IMG/VR virus record: IMGVR_UViG_2529292758_000013
Length of the DNA: 37,938 nucleotides
Source of the DNA: a virus
Taxonomy: Duplodnaviria > Heunggongvirae > Uroviricota > Caudoviricetes
Reading direction: 5' to 3' (one strand)
A model generated the notes under the pieces. That model saw only the letters and a program-made list of their open reading frames with translations, had not been told where the DNA came from and did not search any database. Below, piece by piece: positions 1 to 9,680 of the stretch. Numbering within the stretch: position 1 is the first letter of the stretch; each line of letters opens with the position of its first letter. The position numbers and the translations under genes were made by a program.

Positions 1-1053
1 TTACGGGGTAATGCCAACCGCTGCCGCCACTTTGTCGCCACTTGGCAGCGTTGCCAGAGGATTGAAACGGAGCGCCGTTTCCAGATGATCCGGTGCCAGA
101 TGTGCGTAACGCATAGTCATTTTTATATCGTGGTGTCCGAGAATTTTTTGTAAGGCCAGAATGTTTCCACCCGACATCATGAAGTGCGCCGCAAACGTAT
201 GGCGCAGAACGTGTGTGAGTTGACCGCGAGGGAGCACGATAGACGTTTTTTCCATCACGGATAAAAATTGAAAATAGCAGTCTGTGAAGAAATTGAACCC
301 ATCAAGCGCCATGATCTCTTCGTAAAGCTCTTTACTGATAGGGATGCTTCTGTTTTTCTTCCCCTTCGTTCTTACAAAGGTAATTCGGTATTTGGTCACC
401 TGTGAGCGGGTAAGATTTACGGCTTCTCGCCAGCGTGCGCCTGTGCTTAAGCATATCTTAACTACCAGTGCCAGAATTGGGTCCTGACGTTTGCAATCAG
501 CCAGTAATTCAACAATCTGCTCATGGGTAAGCCATGCCATCTCTTTTTCTGCGATGGTGAATTTTCGCATGTTCTCCAGTGGGTTCGGATACGACCATTC
601 GCCCAGGCGGGATAGTTCGCTAAAAACACTACTTAGATAGCTTTGCTCCAGGTTAATGGTGACCGGGCTTGCTCCTTTCTTCCATTTCTCGCTGAAGTAG
701 ATCTCACCTGTCAGGCGTTTATCTCGATAGTGGGCAAACATTTTAGAGGTTAGATCAGTTGCAAGGGGATTGCCCAGAGCGTCAACCATCAGCAGCAATT
801 TGTCATAGACATGCTGCCCAGCAGTCAGAGATTTACCATGTAGTTTGAACCATAGCTCAACCACGTCTTTCAGTGTTCGACGATCCACTGATTCACCCAG
901 CCAGGGCTTTGCTTCGGTTTCTTCCATCGTGTGACGCTCAAAAGCCAGTGCTTCGCCTTTGGTGGCGAATTGTTTACGCACACGACGCCCACTACGTCCG
1001 GCGGGGTAACATTCGCAAAGCCATTTTCCTGTGGTGAGTTTTCGTACAGCCAT
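1..1053 (-). CDS. int: Phage tyrosine integrase (P2/186 family); reading frame runs to the window edge, so the C-terminal end/stop may lie outside
   Basis: Translation from the Met at 1053 (MAVRKLTTGKW...) resembles P2-type Int N-terminus from memory; tyrosine-recombinase boxes present (LSTGARWREA; HVLRHTFAAHF...GHHDIKMTMRYAHL). The 6-frame ORF start at 1131 is probably an upstream extension. Confidence 0.88.
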   Translation of the reverse strand: MAVRKLTTGKWLCECYPAGRSGRRVRKQFATKGEALAFERHTMEETEAKPWLGESVDRRTLKDVVELWFKLHGKSLTAGQHVYDKLLLMVDALGNPLATDLTSKMFAHYRDKRLTGEIYFSEKWKKGASPVTINLEQSYLSSVFSELSRLGEWSYPNPLENMRKFTIAEKEMAWLTHEQIVELLADCKRQDPILALVVKICLSTGARWREAVNLTRSQVTKYRITFVRTKGKKNRSIPISKELYEEIMALDGFNFFTDCYFQFLSVMEKTSIVLPRGQLTHVLRHTFAAHFMMSGGNILALQKILGHHDIKMTMRYAHLAPDHLETALRFNPLATLPSGDKVAAAVGITP

Positions 1054-1132
1054 AAAAAATGCCCTCCAGTGGAGAGCATTTTTACTGTATATATAACCAG
1101 TGTCAATGTATGAATTTGTATAGCCATACATA

Positions 1133-2464
1133 TCACTGAAGTAAAAAAACTTTTAAAGCATCTTTCACAATATTTGTTGGTTCACCAATACCGCCACCAC
1201 CTTTTAAAAAATGGTATTCACTCATTTCTGCCCATTGTCTTTTTATATTTTCCTCAGCAGGTAAAAGAGATGAGTTTTCAGATAAGTATTTGTAAACTAT
1301 TCCAAATATAGCATATTCATAATTATCTACATTATATTCACTTGTTTGATATGAAAATTTAGATAAACCAAACAATTTCATGATTGATTGAGCATCAACT
1401 TTATCTTCAAGAAAGTTGAGAGCTAACTCTCGGTTAAAAGTGTAGATTATTATCGCTAGAGTCCTGTAATAACAATATCCATAAATATATTTGTTGCTAA
1501 TTTTGTCGCCTGATAGTAGTTGGTATATTTCAACATATCTAGCAAGTGTTTCAACCTCACGTAATGATAATTTTCTACTTTCAATGAACTGTAAGAAAAT
1601 ATCTTCGCTGGCTTCTACTGCAGCGGTCAGCCTTTCAGATTGCTCACATAGCATCATCCAATGATTTTTGGAAGTTAAAGTGTCATTATAATTATCTTCC
1701 TTAAAGGTAACAGGAAGGCTGTATGTAAATTTTATAAATTTGTCAAGATAACGGTTGGAGTCTACAGAAGAGCCATAGATATGATTTATGGATGCTTTTA
1801 GTTGAGTTGTGTTTGCAATTAATAAAAAGTTAATGTTTTTTATATCAAAAACATGTTTTATATTTTCAATAATAGAAATGGCAAAACTAGGCTTACATCT
1901 GTCTAACTCATCTATAATTATTGTTAGTTTACTTTCTCCAGCTAATTTGGTTAGTACTTCTTTTAGAGCAAGAACGTTCTTTTGTGCCTCGATATGATCT
2001 TCTAACAGAGCCTCGATGGTTCCATCGATAGCTGAATTTGCAGCGTCTTTGATAACCTCTTCAAATTCCTCATTAATTTCATCCGCATTTTGTTTTAATA
2101 CCCAACCAGCACCAGCTTTGAGTACAGTCTTAAGTCCGAATCTGAGGGCTGGCAATGCCTTAGATATTAATTCCTTTTTTTCATCGCTATTATATAGAGC
2201 TGCAATTGCGGCCATTATTGTAAGTATGGGAGCATCGTTGTGATCTTCAGTAAAAGCATCTATATAAACTACTTTATGATTGGTCGAGTTTATTTCAATT
2301 AAGGATGCTAACTTTTTTGAAAACTCTGTTTTTCCAGTCCCCCAGTCCCCATCTATGACCATAGGTGAAACAGGAATATTAGACTCTAGCAAACTTATTA
2401 TTTTTTCTGCAATGGCTTTTCTTTTATATTCATCACGTATATCGAAAGTTATATCTGTGCTCAT
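1133..2464 (-). CDS. KAP-family P-loop NTPase (accessory cargo gene)
   Basis: Walker A GDWGTGKT and KAP-type Walker B IIIDELDRC seen in translation; SD-like AAGGA upstream of ATG at 2464; visibly AT-rich compared with the phage backbone. Confidence 0.75.
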   Translation of the reverse strand: MSTDITFDIRDEYKRKAIAEKIISLLESNIPVSPMVIDGDWGTGKTEFSKKLASLIEINSTNHKVVYIDAFTEDHNDAPILTIMAAIAALYNSDEKKELISKALPALRFGLKTVLKAGAGWVLKQNADEINEEFEEVIKDAANSAIDGTIEALLEDHIEAQKNVLALKEVLTKLAGESKLTIIIDELDRCKPSFAISIIENIKHVFDIKNINFLLIANTTQLKASINHIYGSSVDSNRYLDKFIKFTYSLPVTFKEDNYNDTLTSKNHWMMLCEQSERLTAAVEASEDIFLQFIESRKLSLREVETLARYVEIYQLLSGDKISNKYIYGYCYYRTLAIIIYTFNRELALNFLEDKVDAQSIMKLFGLSKFSYQTSEYNVDNYEYAIFGIVYKYLSENSSLLPAEENIKRQWAEMSEYHFLKGGGGIGEPTNIVKDALKVFLLQ

Positions 2465-2477
2465 TCATATTTCCTTA

Positions 2478-2660
2478 TTATTTGATGCATGTTTTTTTGG
2501 ATTTACTGATGGTTCCATCATTGCAAACAAATTTTCCATCAGAGGTACAGTGAGAGACACCTCCCTTTTTCCCAGAACAAGGATAATTTTTAGCATAGGT
2601 AGTTAGTGGGTTTAATAACAAAGAGCATGATAAAACCACAAAAAAAAACTTACCAAGCAT
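2478..2660 (-). CDS. Small secreted Cys-rich protein (60 aa) with predicted signal peptide, co-oriented with and 14 bp upstream of the KAP NTPase
   Basis: Hydrophobic N-terminus ([23 protein letters not shown]) followed by a 37-aa mature part with 4 Cys; strong SD GGAGGA 4 nt before ATG at 2660. Confidence 0.55.
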   Translation of the reverse strand: MLGKFFFVVLSCSLLLNPLTTYAKNYPCSGKKGGVSHCTSDGKFVCNDGTISKSKKTCIK

Positions 2661-2675
2661 AGTTTCCTCCAGGTA

Positions 2676-3332
2676 TTATCTAACATACTTAACTGTTAAG
2701 CTTATAATTTTTCCAATTATTTCAACATCTTCTATCTTGCACTCGAAGGCTCTGTTTCCACCTTCAACGAAAATTCTTCCACCGGGTAAACGAGTGATGT
2801 CGCGGATTGTTATTTCGCCATCAATACTTATTACCCATTTACCATCACGTATATCATCAAATTCTTTATCACAAATAAATTCAGAATTGTTATCTGTGAT
2901 GACAAAAGGTTTTTTAAACGTAGAGGGTAGAAATCCCTTATCAAAAATATAAAAACCGTCTTCCTGCAATGCTCCATCAGACAATAAATATTTTACTACT
3001 TCTATAGTATTTGTATTTGCTGATGCTTGCTTTGAACCATGCCCTGTTGTTAGCCAATTAAGCGAGGTACCCGTTTCAAGGGCGCACTGGATTACCCAAT
3101 CTGCCGGAAAAATATCACGCATATAACGCGTTGCCATGGTGCTCTTAGAAACACCTAAATGATCACAGAGAGCCTGACGGGTACCGAACCCGTATGCTTC
3201 AACCAAACGTTCTATGGCTTTCTTACCGCCGCTATTGAAATCCACAAATCCTCCAAAGAAATCCAAAATTCGTTGACAGATTCCAAAAGCGATCTTAAAG
3301 TTGAACCAGAAGTCTTCTTTTGGAGCCTTCAC
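2676..3332 (-). CDS. cI: Phage immunity repressor, 186 CI-like (start codon uncertain, true start probably downstream of 3332)
   Basis: HTH-like segment (ALCDHLGVSKSTMATRYMRD...CALETGTSLNWLTTGHG) resembling the 186 CI N-terminal domain from memory; sits between int cargo and the Apl/CII operon on the opposite strand. Confidence 0.7.
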   Translation of the reverse strand: MKAPKEDFWFNFKIAFGICQRILDFFGGFVDFNSGGKKAIERLVEAYGFGTRQALCDHLGVSKSTMATRYMRDIFPADWVIQCALETGTSLNWLTTGHGSKQASANTNTIEVVKYLLSDGALQEDGFYIFDKGFLPSTFKKPFVITDNNSEFICDKEFDDIRDGKWVISIDGEITIRDITRLPGGRIFVEGGNRAFECKIEDVEIIGKIISLTVKYVR

Positions 3333-3390
3333 TACTAATCACGACAAACAACGGCTCGCCACAAGCCATATCTAGAAGGAATGTTGCCTT
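3333..3390. promoter_or_regulatory. Lysis-lysogeny switch intergenic region between the repressor and the early lytic operon (operators and promoters not resolved)
   Basis: Short intergenic region between a leftward repressor gene and the rightward apl/cII genes; assignment by position only. Confidence 0.35.
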
Positions 3391-3594
3391 ATGACACCTA
3401 ACATTTCAATTACTCTGAATACACCACATGTCACAATCGAACGTTATAGCGAACTGACTGGCCTTTCTATTGATACGATTAACGACATGTTGGCTGATGG
3501 CCGACTACCTCGTCATCGTCTTCGTAAAGACAAAAAACGTGAAAAGGTAATGATTAACCTGGCTGCTCTGACTGTTGATGCTTTGTCTGCTTAA
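3391..3594 (+). CDS. apl: Small HTH protein, Apl/Cox-like (first gene of the early lytic operon)
   Basis: 67-aa ORF with SD GAAGGA 9 nt upstream; HTH-like [25 protein letters not shown]; position immediately upstream of cII. Confidence 0.55.
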   Translation: MTPNISITLNTPHVTIERYSELTGLSIDTINDMLADGRLPRHRLRKDKKREKVMINLAALTVDALSA

Positions 3595-3658
3595 TAGACG
3601 TCTATTTTCGCAATAAGACGCTGAGTTCGATTTTGCGATAAGTTCGGAATTGAAAACC

Positions 3659-4168
3659 ATGTTTGATTACCAAGTTTCCAAACATCCACATTTTGATGAA
3701 GCCTGTCGTGCATTCGCACTGCGCCACAACCTGGTGCAGCTGGCAGGACGTGCAGGAATGAATGTGCAGATTCTGCGAAACAAGTTGAACCCTGCTCAAC
3801 CTCATTTATTAACCGCACCAGAAATTTGGCTGCTTACCGATCTGACTGAAGATTCGACGCTGGTAGATGGCTTTCTGGCTCAGATTCACTGTCTGCCATG
3901 TGTACCGATTAATGAGGTAGCAAAAGAGAAACTGCCACATTACGTCATGAGTGCAACCGCAGAGATCGGACGTGTTGCTGCAGGTGCGGTATCTGGCGAT
4001 GTAAAAACCAGTGCAGGTCGTCGTGATGCTATCAGCAGCATTAACTCTGTAACACGACTGATGGCGCTGGCTGCTGTTTCATTGCAGGCCCGTTTACAGG
4101 CTAATCCTGCGATGGCGAGTGCAGTTGATACCGTGACTGGCCTCGGTGCTTCATTCGGTTTGCTGTGA
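3659..4168 (+). CDS. cII: Phage 186-type CII regulatory protein
   Basis: Translation [24 protein letters not shown]...[24 protein letters not shown] matches the 186 CII protein as I recall it; ATG at 3659 (an in-frame TTG at 3650 is an alternative). Confidence 0.8.
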   Translation: MFDYQVSKHPHFDEACRAFALRHNLVQLAGRAGMNVQILRNKLNPAQPHLLTAPEIWLLTDLTEDSTLVDGFLAQIHCLPCVPINEVAKEKLPHYVMSATAEIGRVAAGAVSGDVKTSAGRRDAISSINSVTRLMALAAVSLQARLQANPAMASAVDTVTGLGASFGLL

Positions 4169-4175
4169 GGTGCTT

Positions 4176-4409
4176 ATGCTGACGAAAGAACCATCATTTG
4201 CATCGCTGCTGGTAAAACAAAGTCCGGCAATGCACTACGGTCACGGCTGGATTTATTTACCTTGTGGGAAAAAGTGGCATCCAAGTTTTGAATTACAACC
4301 CCGGCAACAGGCTTACCGGGGAAGAAATAAAAAGCGATTCCTACAAAGATTTATGGTTAACGTGGCAAACAACCTGCGAACCAAGCGAAAAGTTTTTCTT
4401 GGAAGCTGA
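4176..4409 (+). CDS. Hypothetical early protein (77 aa); its N-terminal segment is duplicated at 4996-5055
   Basis: SD GAGGTG 3 nt before ATG 4176, directly after the cII stop; C-terminal part overlaps the reverse-strand ORF 4357-4815. Confidence 0.4.
   Translation: MLTKEPSFASLLVKQSPAMHYGHGWIYLPCGKKWHPSFELQPRQQAYRGRNKKRFLQRFMVNVANNLRTKRKVFLGS
4193..4252. repeat. 60-bp direct repeat, copy 1 (59/60 identical to 4996-5055)
   Basis: ATCATTTGCATCGCTGCTGGTAAAACAAAG[T/C]CCGGCAATGCACTACGGTCACGGCTGGAT read at both positions. Confidence 0.9.
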
Positions 4410-4815
4410 GGTTTACATCGTCAACCCGACCACAGGCAATAGCAGCTCTTTTGTAGGCAGGGTTTAACAAAGATCCGAATGTTGTGGAGTCAGAGTGATG
4501 CAAAGCTTTCAATTTTTGTGCAATGAACTGTGGAGACAATTCATCCTCGGCGTAAAGCAACTCACCATATTGTCGGCTTTGTACGCTTGCTCGTTCCGCA
4601 ATAATAGCTGGTTGCCATACAAGTTGGATTGTTGCGATTACAACAACAGGAAAAGCGAACAACCATTCCAGACCTGTATTAGCAAATACAGCTGTTCCGC
4701 TTATAAGTTGGATTGCTGTCATTAATTTATCAGCTCGACCATGGAACGTTGCTGTCATTAGTTCAAGGTAATAACAGTAGTGTAATTGGAAGTATTCGGA
4801 GCTTTGTTTAGTCAT
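4357..4815 (-). CDS. Hypothetical protein with a hydrophobic (probably membrane) segment; reverse-strand cargo inside the early region
   Basis: 152-aa ORF on the opposite strand to the early operon; hydrophobic stretch LISGTAVFANTGLEWLFAFPVVVIATIQLVW; bounded by the 60-bp direct repeats. Confidence 0.45.
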   Translation of the reverse strand: MTKQSSEYFQLHYCYYLELMTATFHGRADKLMTAIQLISGTAVFANTGLEWLFAFPVVVIATIQLVWQPAIIAERASVQSRQYGELLYAEDELSPQFIAQKLKALHHSDSTTFGSLLNPAYKRAAIACGRVDDVNLSFQEKLFAWFAGCLPR

Positions 4816-4824
4816 GCCGGATTC

Positions 4825-4905
4825 CTATTTCTTCTCTTGCCCCGGTTCAGGCTGAGGTGCTGGAGCCGGGCGAGGGAGTACATGAAAGTTGTCTGTTTCT
4901 GACAT
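4825..4905 (-). CDS. Possible 26-aa Pro-rich peptide (MSETDNFHVLPRPAPAPQPEPGQEKK) immediately upstream of the 152-aa reverse-strand ORF
   Basis: ATG at 4903-4905 preceded on the minus strand by AAAGGAGAAAA; stop at 4825-4827; 9 bp before the next reverse-strand start. Confidence 0.25.
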   Translation of the reverse strand: MSETDNFHVLPRPAPAPQPEPGQEKK

Positions 4906-4995
4906 CAGTTTTCTCCTTTGAGGGGTAGATGATTGTTAGCACAAATAGTCTACCACTGAGGCACGCGCCGGGCGTGTAGAAAAATTCCCGGCACA

Positions 4996-5055
4996 ATCAT
5001 TTGCATCGCTGCTGGTAAAACAAAGCCCGGCAATGCACTACGGTCACGGCTGGAT
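4996..5055. repeat. 60-bp direct repeat, copy 2
   Basis: See copy 1; the two copies bracket the reverse-strand cassette 4357-4905. Confidence 0.9.
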
Positions 5056-5275
5056 CATGGGTGAGGATGGTAAACGCTGGCATCCATGTTATTCACAAGA
5101 TGAATTGCTGTCTGAAGTGACCACGAGGAAACGGAGAAAGTCCAAATGTATGCGGCAGAAAGTGAAGTGGTTTATCAGTTTCGTTACAGAGGGGATAGTT
5201 ATTCAGTACCTGAAGATGATTTGCTCTGTTGTTATCCGTCGTTGTCGGGCGATGGCAGTTACTTTTTCACACTAA
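5033..5275 (+). other. Diverged second copy of the gene begun at 4176 (shares MHYGHGWI...GK[KR]WHP); lacks an obvious RBS, coding status uncertain
   Basis: Upstream in-frame stop at 4946-4948 and no SD before ATG 5033; overlaps the 5146-5370 ORF in another frame. Confidence 0.3.
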
Positions 5276-5370
5276 AGGATGGGACGTTTTTACGGGGAGA
5301 GCAGGTTAAAGAGACGGTACGAAAAAATGTATCTCCCCTTGAGCGTTACCGTAAGAACAAAGAACGATAG
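5146..5370 (+). CDS. Hypothetical early protein (74 aa)
   Basis: ORF with SD-like GGAGAAAG upstream of ATG 5146; same orientation as the early operon. Confidence 0.4.
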   Translation: MYAAESEVVYQFRYRGDSYSVPEDDLLCCYPSLSGDGSYFFTLKDGTFLRGEQVKETVRKNVSPLERYRKNKER

Positions 5371-5392
5371 TTGCGTTTTGGGGATATGAATT

Positions 5393-5734
5393 ATGGCAAT
5401 TAATGGCGCTGCGGCGACTGTTCCATTAAGCCCCGGTGAACGCCTGAATGGACTTAATCACATTGCGGAATTAAGAGCGAAAGTTTTTGGCCTGAATATT
5501 GAGTCAGAGCTTGAGCGGTTTATTAAAGATATGCGTGATCCACGGGATATCAATAATGAACAAAATAAACGGGCACTGGCTGCCATATTCTTTATGGCAA
5601 AAATTCCAGCTGAACGTCATAGCATCAGCATTAATGAGCTGACCACTGACGAAAAGCGGGAGCTGATTAAAGCAATGAATCATTTTCGTGCAGTGGTGAG
5701 CTTATTTCCCAGACGGCTAACCATGCCGAATTAA
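5393..5734 (+). CDS. Hypothetical early protein (113 aa)
   Basis: ORF in early-operon orientation between cII and the replication gene; no motif recognised. Confidence 0.5.
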   Translation: MAINGAAATVPLSPGERLNGLNHIAELRAKVFGLNIESELERFIKDMRDPRDINNEQNKRALAAIFFMAKIPAERHSISINELTTDEKRELIKAMNHFRAVVSLFPRRLTMPN

Positions 5735-5801
5735 CCAACTAATGAAATTCATGGCGTAAACCCGCCAGGCATCCCTTTATCTAAATTCAGGAGAATTGAT
5801 T

Positions 5802-6035
5802 ATGCGTAATATTGAAACCCTCACGACTAAAACCGGACCGGATGATGCAGGGCTTAATATTTTACTGACAGAGGCTCGTCTGGAAGAACGCCGGGCAAGG
5901 GCTGAAGCAATGGCAGCTCGCCTTGATAGCCTGGCGTGTCATATCACATCCCGCCAGCTAAACCACGTCGAAGCGGCAGAACTGCTGCGTGTGACTGCTG
6001 AAGCAATCCAGAACGAAGCGCAGGAGATCCACTGA
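5802..6035 (+). CDS. Hypothetical early protein (77 aa)
   Basis: SD CAGGAG 8 nt before ATG 5802; stop overlaps the next start (TGATG). Confidence 0.5.
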   Translation: MRNIETLTTKTGPDDAGLNILLTEARLEERRARAEAMAARLDSLACHITSRQLNHVEAAELLRVTAEAIQNEAQEIH

Positions 6036-6262
6036 TGGCTGATGCAATGGATCTCGTACAGCAGCGCGTTGAAGAAGAACGCCAGCGTCATATCCGTGCT
6101 GCCCGCGCCAAAACGCCGGGCGTATCCCGCGTGCTTTGCATTGAGTGCGAAGCACCAATTCCGCCAGCACGACGTCGCGCCATTCCGGGTGTGCAGCTTT
6201 GCATTACCTGTCAGGAAATCGCAGAGCTGAAAGGCAAACATTACAACGGAGGTGCTGTATGA
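6035..6262 (+). CDS. TraR/DksA-family C4 zinc-finger protein
   Basis: CIECEAPIPPARRRAIPGVQLCITCQ: CxxC-N17-CxxC spacing typical of TraR/DksA-type zinc fingers found in P2-like early operons. Confidence 0.75.
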   Translation: MADAMDLVQQRVEEERQRHIRAARAKTPGVSRVLCIECEAPIPPARRRAIPGVQLCITCQEIAELKGKHYNGGAV

Positions 6263-7116
6263 GCACCATCCTGAAATGGGCGGGTAATAAAACCGCCATT
6301 ATGCCGGAACTGAAAAAATACCTTCCTGCTGGCCCGCGACTGGTTGAACCTTTCGCGGGTTCTTGTGCTGTGATGATAGAGACGGATTACCCCAGCTATC
6401 TTGTTGCGGATATTAATCCTGATTTAATCAACCTCTATAAAAAGGTTGCTGCTGATTGCGAGGCGTTTATATCTCGTGCCAGAGCTTTATTTGAGGAAGC
6501 AAACAGGGAGGTGGCTTATTACAACATAAGGCAGGAGTTTAATTACTCCACTGAAATTACTGATTTCATGAAAGCGGTATATTTCCTGTATCTCAATCGT
6601 CATGGTTACCGTGGGTTATGTCGCTATAACAAGAGCGGGCATTTCAACATTCCCTACGGGAATTATAAAAATCCGTATTTCCCTGAAAAAGAAATTCGCA
6701 AATTTGCAGAAAAAGCCCAGCGAGCAACGTTTATCTGCGCCAGCTTTGATGAAACGCTGGCGATGTTGAAGGCGGGGGATGTGGTGTATTGCGATCCGCC
6801 TTATGACGGTACGTTTTCCGGCTATCACACTGATGGCTTCACTGAGGATGACCAGTATCACCTGGCATCCGTTCTTGAACATCGATCATCTGAAGGTCAT
6901 CCGGTCATTGTTTCTAACAGTGACACATCCCTGATTCGTTCGCTGTATCGCAATTTCACTCACCACTACATCAAGGCAAAACGCAGCATCGGCGTGTCGG
7001 CTGGCGAGAGTAAATCTGCAACAGAAATCATTGCTGTTTCCGGGGCGCGCTGCTGGGTGGGATTTGATCCTTCGCGTGGCGTGGATAGTTCTGCTGTGTA
7101 CGAGGTGCGTGTATGA
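6259..7116 (+). CDS. dam: DNA adenine (N6) methyltransferase, Dam-like
   Basis: DPPY catalytic motif ([10 protein letters not shown]), N-terminal KWAGNK and FAGSCAV SAM-binding-like motifs; ATG at 6259 overlaps the upstream stop (ATGA). Confidence 0.85.
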
Positions 7117-9527
7117 GTCATGACGATATGAGCAACTCTAGCGGCTTTAACGAGGCCGCTGCAGCATTTTCATGGAACGGCCCGAAAAAGGCCATTAACC
7201 CTTATCTGGACCCGGCGGAAGTTGCGCCGGAGTCTGCACTTTCAAACATGATCACTCTGTACGCTGCCGATAACGAGCAGGAACAGCTGCGCCGCGATGC
7301 ACTGAGTGAGCAGGTCTGGGAGCGTTATTTCTTTAATGAATCCCGTGATCCTGTCCAGCGCGAAATGGAGCAGGATAATCTCATTAGTCGGGCAAAGCTG
7401 GCGCATGAGCAGCAGCGTTTTAACCCGGACATGGTCATTCTGGCGGACGTCAGCGCCCAGCCCACCCACATCAGCAAGCCGCTGATGCAACGTATCGAAT
7501 ACTTCAGCAGCCTGGGCAGGCCAAAGGCTTATTCCCGCTATTTGCGTGAGACGATTAAGCCATGTCTGGAGCGACTGGAGTATGTACGCGACAGTCAGCT
7601 ATCCGCTTCTTTCCGTTTTATGGCAAGCCATCAAGGGCTTGAGGGCCTGCTGATCCTGCCTGAAATGAGTCAGGATCAGGTAAAACGCCTGTCCACCCTG
7701 GTAGCAGCGCATATGAGCATGTGTCTTGAGGCCGCTTGTGGTGATTTGTATGCCTCCGATGACGTTAAGCCAGAAGAAATCCGCAAGACATGGGAAAAGG
7801 TGGCAGCGGAAACCCTGCGTCTGGATGTTATCCCGCCTGCGTTTGAGAAACTCCGTCGGAAAAGAAACCGCCGCAAACCCGTGCCCTATGAACTCATACC
7901 GGGTTCGCTGGCACGTATGCTTTGCGCCGACTGGTGGTATCGAAAATTGTGGAAGATACGTTGCGAATGGCGGGAAGAGCAGTTGCGTGCTGTCTGCCTG
8001 GTCAGCAAAAAAGCATCTCCCTATGTCAGCTATGAAGCAGTGACGCATAAACGTGAGCAGCGCCGCAAGTCGCTGGAGTTTTTCCGTTCTCATGAACTGG
8101 TGAACGAAGACGGCGACACGCTGGATATGGAAGACGTGGTAAACGCCAGCAGCAGCAACCCGGCGCACCGCCGCAATGAGATGATGGCCTGTGTTAAAGG
8201 TCTGGAGCTTATCGCGGAAATGCGTGGTGACTGCGCCGTTTTCTACACCATTACCTGTCCGTCACGTTTCCATTCTACGCTCAATAACGGCAGACCAAAC
8301 CCAACCTGGACAAATGCGACGGTAAGACAAAGCAGTGATTATCTGGTCGGCATGTTTGCTGCATTTCGTAAGGCGATGCACAAAGCCGGATTGCGCTGGT
8401 ATGGCGTGCGGGTGGCTGAGCCGCATCATGACGGCACAGTTCACTGGCACCTGTTGTGTTTTATGCGCAAAAAAGACCGCCGCGCCATTACTGCTTTGTT
8501 GCGTAAGTTTGCCATTCGTGAAGACCGCGAGGAGCTGGGTAATAACACGGGGCCACGCTTTAAGTCTGAGCTGATAAACCCGCGCAAAGGAACGCCGACA
8601 AGCTACATCGCGAAATATATCAGCAAGAACATTGACGGGCGTGGTCTGGCTGGCGAGATCAGCAAGGAAACGGGTAAATCTCTGCGTGATAACGCTGAAT
8701 ACGTGAATGCCTGGGCGTCTTTGCATCGTGTTCAGCAATTCCGCTTCTTTGGTATTCCGGGACGTCAGGCTTACCGTGAACTTCGCTTGCTGGCTGGTCA
8801 GGCGGCAAGGCAACAGGGTGACAAAAAAGCAGGTGCGCCGGTACTGGATAACCCGCGTCTTGATGCCATTCTGGCTGCTGCTGATGCTGGTTGTTTTGCC
8901 ACCTACATCATGAAGCAGGGCGGCGTACTGGTTCCCCGTAAATATCACCTCATCAGAACCGCTTATGAAATCAACGAAGAGCCGACCGCCTATGGCGATC
9001 ACGGTATTCGTATTTATGGCATCTGGTCACCCATTGCAGAGGGCAAGATCTGCACTCATGCAGTGAAGTGGAAAATGGTTCGTAAAGCCGTTGACGTTCA
9101 GGAGGCGGCAGCCGACCAGGGCGCTTGCGCCCCTTGGACTCGTGGCAATAACTGTCCCCTTGCTGAAAATTTGTACCAACAAGGGAAAGACAAATCAGCT
9201 GATGGAGATACCAGAACGGATATCACCCGTATGGATGACAAGGAGTTGCACGATTACCTGCACAGTATGAGCAAAAAAGAGCGCCGGGAACTGGCAGCAA
9301 GATTACGCCTGGTTAAACCGAAACGACGTAAAGACTACAAACAGCGAATTACAGAGTATCAGCGTCAGCAGCTCGTCTATGAACTGAAGTCCAGAGGATT
9401 TGATGGCAGCGAGAAAGAAGTCGATTTGCTCCTTCGCGGTGGCAGTATTCCATCAGGAGCAGGCCTGCGTATCTTCTATCGGAACCAGCGTCTGAAGGAA
9501 GATGATAAGTGGCGGAACCTGTATTAA
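7113..9527 (+). CDS. A: Replication initiation endonuclease, P2 gene A type (rolling-circle Rep, HUH class)
   Basis: HUH motif ([10 protein letters not shown]) and tyrosine motif [12 protein letters not shown]; 804 aa; ATGA overlap with dam; position after the early operon. Confidence 0.88.
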   Translation: MSHDDMSNSSGFNEAAAAFSWNGPKKAINPYLDPAEVAPESALSNMITLYAADNEQEQLRRDALSEQVWERYFFNESRDPVQREMEQDNLISRAKLAHEQQRFNPDMVILADVSAQPTHISKPLMQRIEYFSSLGRPKAYSRYLRETIKPCLERLEYVRDSQLSASFRFMASHQGLEGLLILPEMSQDQVKRLSTLVAAHMSMCLEAACGDLYASDDVKPEEIRKTWEKVAAETLRLDVIPPAFEKLRRKRNRRKPVPYELIPGSLARMLCADWWYRKLWKIRCEWREEQLRAVCLVSKKASPYVSYEAVTHKREQRRKSLEFFRSHELVNEDGDTLDMEDVVNASSSNPAHRRNEMMACVKGLELIAEMRGDCAVFYTITCPSRFHSTLNNGRPNPTWTNATVRQSSDYLVGMFAAFRKAMHKAGLRWYGVRVAEPHHDGTVHWHLLCFMRKKDRRAITALLRKFAIREDREELGNNTGPRFKSELINPRKGTPTSYIAKYISKNIDGRGLAGEISKETGKSLRDNAEYVNAWASLHRVQQFRFFGIPGRQAYRELRLLAGQAARQQGDKKAGAPVLDNPRLDAILAAADAGCFATYIMKQGGVLVPRKYHLIRTAYEINEEPTAYGDHGIRIYGIWSPIAEGKICTHAVKWKMVRKAVDVQEAAADQGACAPWTRGNNCPLAENLYQQGKDKSADGDTRTDITRMDDKELHDYLHSMSKKERRELAARLRLVKPKRRKDYKQRITEYQRQQLVYELKSRGFDGSEKEVDLLLRGGSIPSGAGLRIFYRNQRLKEDDKWRNLY

Positions 9528-9619
9528 TTACGCGGGTTAACAATTCGTGCTCTTAATAATACCAGGCATATCAGGCTGATGAACGTAAAAAAACGTTTTA
9601 CATCAGTAAGATTATTATA

Positions 9620-9639
9620 TACTGCAAATATAAACAGTG
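9620..9639 (+). promoter_or_regulatory. LexA (SOS) box-like operator TACTGCAAATATAAACAGTG upstream of the Tum/DinI-like module
   Basis: CTG-N10-CAG with AT-rich centre, matching the LexA box consensus TACTGTATATATATACAGTA at most positions; a partial second half-site (ATGTATACAGTA) follows at about 9643-9654. Confidence 0.55.
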
Positions 9640-9680
9640 GTTATGTATACAGTATTGCTTGTGGTGTCATAGGAGGAAAG

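Noticed and set aside
1054-1131. N-terminal 26-codon extension of the integrase ORF in the six-frame track
   Set aside because: The integrase-like sequence begins at the Met at 1053; the upstream extension would overlap the end of the KAP NTPase gene region and is probably just open frame.
2280-2606. Plus-strand ORFs (1809-1997, 2016-2243, 2280-2606) overlapping the KAP NTPase gene
   Set aside because: Antisense to a well-supported gene, with low-complexity translations in AT-rich DNA and no ribosome-binding sites; likely spurious.
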